Assembly (NCBI GenBank): GCA_002084665.1
Contig: NBLY01000008.1
Coordinates: forward strand, 1-43,223
Source of the DNA: Desulfobacteraceae bacterium 4572_35.2
GTDB lineage: Bacteria > Desulfobacterota > Desulfuromonadia > Desulfuromonadales > Desulfuromonadaceae
Reading direction: 5' to 3'
DNA: 43,223 nt
Shown: positions 37,651 to 43,223 of the stretch, piece after piece
How the letters are laid out: each line of letters starts with the position of its first letter
Position numbering within the stretch: position 1 is the first letter of the stretch
Made by a program: the position numbers and the translations under genes
The notes under the pieces: model-generated
The model's input: the letters and a program-made list of their open reading frames with translations, nothing else
Databases searched by the model: none
Told to the model about the DNA's origin: nothing

Positions 37651-38388
37651 TTAACGATACATAGCCGTTACCTCGTCGGTATATTCCATACCATTATAAA
37701 CATAAAGCGGTGGTTCAATCTCTAAACCAGGTCGGCCACGTTTACGCCCTTCGATTAATACTAAACGGGCAGCACTATCGCTGCGACTATGGATTAAGCG
37801 AACCCGCTTTGGCTCGATATCAGCCTGACGCATCCCAGCAACAATATCGACCAAGCGCTCTGAAAGATGGATCATACTCAAGGTGCCACCCTGTCGTAAT
37901 AACGCACTGCCAATCGTTAAAAAATCATTCAAACCGCCAGCAAGTTCATGACGAGAATATGCCCGTTCGTTACCAAAAGAGCACTGTCCTGATTCTGGAG
38001 CGCGAAACGGCGGATTGGACACCACACGATCAAACAAACCATGACTGTGCTCGGTCAATTCACGCAAATCCCCTTGACAGATGACAACCCGCTCGCTGAG
38101 ATCATTTAGCACAACATTACGCTGAGCGCGTTCAACTTGAGCGGGCTGAATCTCGATGCCGATGATCTCTTTGGCTGTCGTCCAGCGGGCAATAAGCATG
38201 GCGATAATCCCGCCACCACAGCCGAGGTCAACCACCCGATCCCCCTCAGCAATACTGACAAAATTTGCTAACATCACTGGATCAACGGAGAAACGATAAC
38301 CTTGTTGATGCTGAATCAACCTAAGTGCTCCCCCTTTTAAGGTATCGACAGATTCATCCTCTTTCAACTCAACCTGTTGCATCGCCAT
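37651..38388 (-). CDS. tRNA1(Val) A37 N6-methyltransferase family (TrmN6/YfiC-like)
   Basis: YRFSVD, DLGCGGG, NPPF, SRHE, EPKR. Confidence 0.88.
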   Translation of the reverse strand: MAMQQVELKEDESVDTLKGGALRLIQHQQGYRFSVDPVMLANFVSIAEGDRVVDLGCGGGIIAMLIARWTTAKEIIGIEIQPAQVERAQRNVVLNDLSERVVICQGDLRELTEHSHGLFDRVVSNPPFRAPESGQCSFGNERAYSRHELAGGLNDFLTIGSALLRQGGTLSMIHLSERLVDIVAGMRQADIEPKRVRLIHSRSDSAARLVLIEGRKRGRPGLEIEPPLYVYNGMEYTDEVTAMYR

Positions 38389-38401
38389 TCGAATTCCTTA
38401 C

Positions 38402-38437
38402 AAAAAAAAGGAGAGCACCATTGGCTCCCCTTTTTTT
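38402..38437. terminator. Bidirectional-type terminator after ccsA
   Basis: A8-GGAGAGC...GCTCCCC-T7. Confidence 0.7.
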
Positions 38438-38456
38438 ATTCATATTAGAACTATCT

Positions 38457-39105
38457 TTAACCACCGTAGGAGTGCAGCCCAGCGAGCAGCAAATTCACAC
38501 CGAGGTAGCAAACCAACCATAATGGCTTTGTAGTTTAGATCATCGAGAATTTTAGCACTGGGGAAAATCCCGACAATACCGCCAGCAGGGGAACCTGAAG
38601 GATTATCCTCTTTTCGAACCTTGATCAGATACATGATTGAAACACCACAGGCGACAGCAAAGGCAGCATAGCCAAGAAAGCAGGTGATAACATGGTATGT
38701 CAGCCAGTTACTTTGTAATGCTGGGACAAGGGGTGAAATCGTTGAGTCTAAGCGTAATTGCGCCCACGTCATCGCTAAAAAAGCAAAAGGGACAACGAAA
38801 GCACCTACAGATTTTTGCTTATGGCGCAGATCAATCAGCAGATAGATCAATAAAATAGTCCATGAGAAAAAGACCACCGATTCATAAAGGTTCGACAGTG
38901 GCGCATAGCCAGCACCACCTGGTATCTGATAGGTTTCATACCAACGCAAACCAATGGCGTATGTCTGTACTATAAAGCCAGCATAAGCGAATAAGGTTGC
39001 CAACTTCGCAACAACCGCACTATGTGTAGCTAAATAGCCGATAAAAAGGATCATTGCAGCAAAATAGCCAATGGTAACAAAATTAAATAACTGACCACTA
39101 CTCAT
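38457..39105 (-). CDS. System II cytochrome c biogenesis heme synthase subunit (CcsA/ResC type), WWD region missing
   Basis: APLSNLYES, LVPALQSNWLTYHV, LDDLNYK; conserved tail CYLGVNLLLAGLHSYGG* found in another frame, ending at 38457. Confidence 0.93.
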
Positions 39106-39128
39106 AATATGTACCTCTCATCATGATG

Positions 39129-40493
39129 CTAATCTTTTGATAACACATCACGAAATTTATTTTTTAATTCATCAAAATAGAGTTCAAAACCAGGTTGATT
39201 TCGATGTGCCGAACCAACAAGTCGAACACCAACTTTACCGTTCTGTTCACTCAGAACCACCCAAATCCGGCGATGAGAGAGAAAGAAAGCCACCAAGCAG
39301 CCCAAAATCATCAGTGCACAACCTAGCCATACAACCCAAACACCTGGATCTTTTGTGACCTGTAACCCAGTATAGTAAGGTTGATCAAAATCAACGAGAG
39401 TAAAGACATAATCTCCCTGGCGTTCATCATCGAACTGAGGAAAGTTTTTAAATACAGTAACTGTCCGTGGTTGACCATCTTTAGGCAACACTTTAAGCCG
39501 AGCTGCAGGGCCGAAATTACGAAACGCTGCGGCAAAATCCTCGATTTCAATCTTGTCACCGTTGGCTAGTTCTGTTACTGCCCCCTTACGTAACGAAAAG
39601 GCATCAACCTTATCTTCACCGCGCACCTTAACCTTAATCAAGACCACTTCGTCACCAGCAGAGCCATAATTAGACTGATAAAAAGTAAGCCCTTTATACG
39701 AAAGCGGATCGTTAACAACGATCGGCCGGCGGTCAATCACCACCTCACCCTTATCAATAACAGTCAATACACTGCGATATTCTTTTGGCCGTTGTGAGTT
39801 ACCATAAAAACTAACGGAAAAATCTTCGCAACGTACACTAAAATCAATGGGCAAGGGAATTTGACCATTGCGCAGCCAAATTCGATCAATTGTTCCCCCT
39901 TCAGGAATATTTACATAGCCCTTAAAACCATAAATGTTACCGATAATGGCACCCAAGAAGATAATTAAAATCGATAAATGGGTAACGTAAACTCCAAATC
40001 GAGCATACTTCATCTTATCGGCATAAAGGAAAACCTCTCCCGCTTTTTCAGTTTCCCGTGGAGCAGAAAACTCTTGCGACAGAAAGCTTTTCATCCTCGC
40101 TGTCACACTGGCGATATCTCCCTTAACCACCTGCTCATCGACATTGGAAAAAGTTTTAAGTACCTGTTTATTTGGCGTCAACAATGGGTTGTGGACGATC
40201 TTCCACACTCGTGGAAATCGCTTAACAGAACAACAGATCAAGTTGATACAGAACAACACCAGCAGTCCAATAAACCACCATGAATGGTACATATCAAAAC
40301 ATTGCAGTTGATCTAATAAATTATATGTTTTCTCACTAAAAACTCGCAAGTACTCTTGACGAGAGAGATTCTGTTGAATCACAGTACCAATAATTGATGT
40401 CACCGCAAGAGATATCAAAGAAAATATCGTCAGCTTCAACGAACAGAAAAAATCCCATATTCGGCCTAACACACCACGCTGTTTTGCACCCAA
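39129..40493 (-). CDS. System II cytochrome c biogenesis protein (ResB/CcsB type)
   Basis: SIIGTVIQQ, YHSWWF, THLS, VNDPL, FYQS, KDPG. Confidence 0.95.
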   Translation of the reverse strand: MGAKQRGVLGRIWDFFCSLKLTIFSLISLAVTSIIGTVIQQNLSRQEYLRVFSEKTYNLLDQLQCFDMYHSWWFIGLLVLFCINLICCSVKRFPRVWKIVHNPLLTPNKQVLKTFSNVDEQVVKGDIASVTARMKSFLSQEFSAPRETEKAGEVFLYADKMKYARFGVYVTHLSILIIFLGAIIGNIYGFKGYVNIPEGGTIDRIWLRNGQIPLPIDFSVRCEDFSVSFYGNSQRPKEYRSVLTVIDKGEVVIDRRPIVVNDPLSYKGLTFYQSNYGSAGDEVVLIKVKVRGEDKVDAFSLRKGAVTELANGDKIEIEDFAAAFRNFGPAARLKVLPKDGQPRTVTVFKNFPQFDDERQGDYVFTLVDFDQPYYTGLQVTKDPGVWVVWLGCALMILGCLVAFFLSHRRIWVVLSEQNGKVGVRLVGSAHRNQPGFELYFDELKNKFRDVLSKD

Positions 40494-40524
40494 GTCGCGT
40501 CTCCTTTATTTAAAAATAGATAAA

Positions 40525-41043
40525 CTACAGACCATCTTCTGCTAAACGCTTTTGAAGTTTGTCGCTCTTCAAAGCCACGGCCTCAGCCATCTTTTTACGT
40601 GAATCAATCAGTCTACCAGCGAGCTCTTTATCGCTAATCGCCATAAGTTGCACGGCAAAAATACCAGCATTTTTTGCGCCAGCTTTACCAATAGCCATGG
40701 TTGCAACAGGGACACCACCAGGCATCTGTACGGTTGCCAACAACGCATCAAGACCTGCAAGTGCTGAACTATCAATCGGAACACCGATAATAGGCAATGT
40801 CGTTTCTGCGGCAATGACACCAGCAAGGTGAGCGGCAGCTCCGGCACCAACAATCAAGGTCTTAATGCCACGCGAAGCTGCGCTTGATGCATACTCTGCA
40901 GTCCGCACCGGGGAGCGATGGGCACTACTTACAATCAACTCATAGGCAACGTCAAACGACTTGAGAACCTTTGCTGCCTCTGCCATCACCGGGTAATCTG
41001 AATCGCTACCCATCAAAATTCCAACTACAGGTTGTTTTTCCAT
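40525..41043 (-). CDS. purE: N5-CAIR mutase PurE
   Basis: MGSDSD, SAHRSP, AAHLAG, QMPGGVPVAT; ATG at 41043. Confidence 0.98.
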   Translation of the reverse strand: MEKQPVVGILMGSDSDYPVMAEAAKVLKSFDVAYELIVSSAHRSPVRTAEYASSAASRGIKTLIVGAGAAAHLAGVIAAETTLPIIGVPIDSSALAGLDALLATVQMPGGVPVATMAIGKAGAKNAGIFAVQLMAISDKELAGRLIDSRKKMAEAVALKSDKLQKRLAEDGL

Positions 41044-41084
41044 TGTGATCACATCCCTTTTATTCTTAATTGAGTATATAGAAT

Positions 41085-42356
41085 TTAGCGACTTAAGGCT
41101 TTTTGACCAATATCGGTTCTGAATTGAGCACCGTTCCAACTGATCTTTTGCGTGCCTTCGTAGGCTTTGTCGATTGCCGAAGCAACATCATCACCCCAGC
41201 CAGTAACCCCAAGAACACGACCTCCTGCAGTAACAATCTTACCATCAACCTCAGCAGTACCAGCATGGAACACCAGAACACCGTCGATCGCATCGGCATC
41301 ATCAATACCAGAGATCACATCACCTTTAGCGTAATCAGCTGGATAACCACCTGCTGCCATGACGACACAAACCGAAGCACGATCATACCACTCCAATGCT
41401 TTAGTGGTCAGTTCACCACGCGCACAATCGAGCAATACTGGCACCACATCAGATTTCATTCGTGACAATAACGGTTGCGCTTCAGGGTCACCAAATCGTG
41501 CATTAAATTCTAACACCTTAAAATCGTCATCCTCGATCATCAGACCGATAAACAGAATTCCGCAATAAGGACAACCTTCTGCTGCCATACCATCGATTGT
41601 TGGCTGAACTACCTCGGCAACAATGCGCTCATAAAGTGAGGCGGTAACAACGGGTGCGGGCGAATAAGCGCCCATGCCACCAGTATTAGGTCCCTTATCG
41701 CCATTAAAGATCTGCTTATGATCTTGCGCTGAAGCGAGGGGCAAAATATTCTTACCATCGGTGAAAGCAAAAAACGATGCCTCCTCACCAGTGAGGAACT
41801 CTTCAATGACAACCGCATCACCAGCATCGCCAAATGTCTTGCGGACTAAAATATCATCGACAGCATCGATAGCTTGTTGCTCTGTTTGCGCGAGAATAAC
41901 CCCTTTGCCAGCCGCCAAGCCATCGACCTTAACAACGATTGGAGCACCCTGTGCGCGAATATATTCTACGGCAGCATCGCGATCACTAAAGGAAGCATAG
42001 GCGGCAGTAACAATATTGTACTTAGCCATTAAATCCTTCGAAAACCCCTTGCTACCCTCTAGTTGAGCCGCAGCCTTGCTCGGGCCAAACACCGCTAAAC
42101 CTTCAGCTTTAAAGCGATCAACCATCCCTAATGTCAACGGTAGTTCAGGACCAACAACGGTTAGATCAATCTGGTTCTTTTTAGCGAAGTCACACAGGCC
42201 ATCAATATCATCAACAGCTAAGGCGACATTTTCAGCAGCAGCAGCAGTGCCGGGGTTACCCGGGGCGCAATAGATTTTATCTACCATTGGTGATTGGGCT
42301 ATTTTCCAAACCAAAGCATGTTCACGACCACCGCCACCTACGACCAAGACTTTCAT
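41085..42356 (-). CDS. purD: Phosphoribosylamine--glycine ligase
   Basis: GGGGREHA, GLAAGKGV, GPNTGGMG, EFNARFGDPE; ATG at 42356. Confidence 0.99.
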   Translation of the reverse strand: MKVLVVGGGGREHALVWKIAQSPMVDKIYCAPGNPGTAAAAENVALAVDDIDGLCDFAKKNQIDLTVVGPELPLTLGMVDRFKAEGLAVFGPSKAAAQLEGSKGFSKDLMAKYNIVTAAYASFSDRDAAVEYIRAQGAPIVVKVDGLAAGKGVILAQTEQQAIDAVDDILVRKTFGDAGDAVVIEEFLTGEEASFFAFTDGKNILPLASAQDHKQIFNGDKGPNTGGMGAYSPAPVVTASLYERIVAEVVQPTIDGMAAEGCPYCGILFIGLMIEDDDFKVLEFNARFGDPEAQPLLSRMKSDVVPVLLDCARGELTTKALEWYDRASVCVVMAAGGYPADYAKGDVISGIDDADAIDGVLVFHAGTAEVDGKIVTAGGRVLGVTGWGDDVASAIDKAYEGTQKISWNGAQFRTDIGQKALSR

Positions 42357-42561
42357 AACTCTATCCTTTTCATAATAAACGGAATCCCTCTGTAGCGAAT
42401 AGCAGAGGGATACGTTTTGTCGTTTCACTTAGTCCTGCACAGCCAATGAGCAACTAACCACCGCAAAGGAACAGGGATTTTAGCGTTTGTCATACCAACA
42501 AGACAGCGTCAAACTACGCACACCAAGAGGGTCATTTGCACAGTCGATTTCACAGTTCTTA

Positions 42562-43223
42562 CTAATGACGGAAGTGGCGCATTGAGGTGAATACCATGGC
42601 AATGCCATGCTCATCTGCAGCAGCAATCACCTCTTCATCGCGAATAGAACCACCGGGCTGAATAACTGCTTTGACACCAACAGCAGCGGCGTTATCTAAA
42701 CCATCACGGAACGGGAAGAATGCATCAGAAGCCATAACCGAGCCAGTTACATCTAGTCCCGCATGCTCGGCCTTAATTGCCGCAATACGAGCGGAGTTAA
42801 CACGACTCATCTGCCCAGCACCAACACCAATTGTCATGGCATCCTTGCCATAAACAATAGCATTTGACTTAACAAACTTAGCCACTTTCCAAGTAAACAA
42901 CAAGTCCTTCATCTCTTGCTCAGTCGGGCTCAGTCGGCTGACGCTTGGTCACCACTTTTAGATCATCGTACAGCGCGTGATCAGCACCCTGAACCAAAAG
43001 ACCACCATTAACACGCTTATACTCAAAACGATCAGCGGGCTGCCGTTGGGGCAATAATCACCTCAACAAATTGACGATCAACAATCGCTTGAGTTGTTGG
43101 TGCATCTAATTCGCGATTAAAAGCAATAATGCCGCCAAAGGAGGATTCAGGATCAGTACTAAAAGCGCGCTCATACGCCTCAAGGATCGTTTCGCCAACA
43201 GCAACACCGCATGGATTTGCATG
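42562..43223 (-). CDS. purH: Bifunctional AICAR transformylase/IMP cyclohydrolase, 3' part (partial, frameshifted)
   Basis: [43 protein letters not shown]; 10-bp duplication at 42918-42937 and deletion near 43048. Confidence 0.97.

Noticed and set aside
40525-41043. purE without an adjacent purK
   Set aside because: Common in anaerobic bacteria, and purK may be elsewhere in the genome; not unusual.
18-42853. Numerous short antisense or alternative-frame ORFs in the track (e.g. 2020-2283, 35186-35812, 37090-37641, 27209-27598)
   Set aside because: They lie entirely over well-supported genes and show no independent motifs; they are shadow ORFs.

Overview
Chromosomal housekeeping window, most likely from a Desulfuromonadales-type deltaproteobacterium (inferred from protein sequences and gene order). 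Almost everything lies on the minus strand. It holds a complete dcw cell-wall/division operon (mraZ-rsmH-ftsL-[extra small membrane ORF]-ftsI-murE-murF-mraY-murD-ftsW-murG-murC-murB-ddl-ftsQ-ftsA-ftsZ) followed by a radical SAM gene and a flavoredoxin fragment. It also holds the ffh-rpsP-rimM-trmD-rplS-rnhB-yraN-nadE-rsmI run, system II cytochrome c maturation genes and purH-purD-purE. Between about 21 and 31.8 kb, three defence-type modules are interleaved with core genes. (1) A RelE/RHH type II toxin-antitoxin pair. (2) An AT-rich cassette of a Dcm/EcoRII-like C5 methyltransferase plus an HNH nuclease with an unassigned N-terminal domain. (3) The best candidate for a notable system: an Abi_2/AbiF-family HEPN gene preceded by its own sigma70 promoter and a compact, strand-specific, terminator-capped ~60-nt RNA, which is the layout of an RNA-antitoxin (type III-like) system; its toxin ORF is frameshifted at an A8 tract. 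Caution: about a dozen short exact duplications and internal deletions hit conserved or essential genes (murF, ligase, rsmI, rnhB, ccsA, purH and others). These most likely reflect assembly artefacts, so every gene disruption here needs checking against reads.
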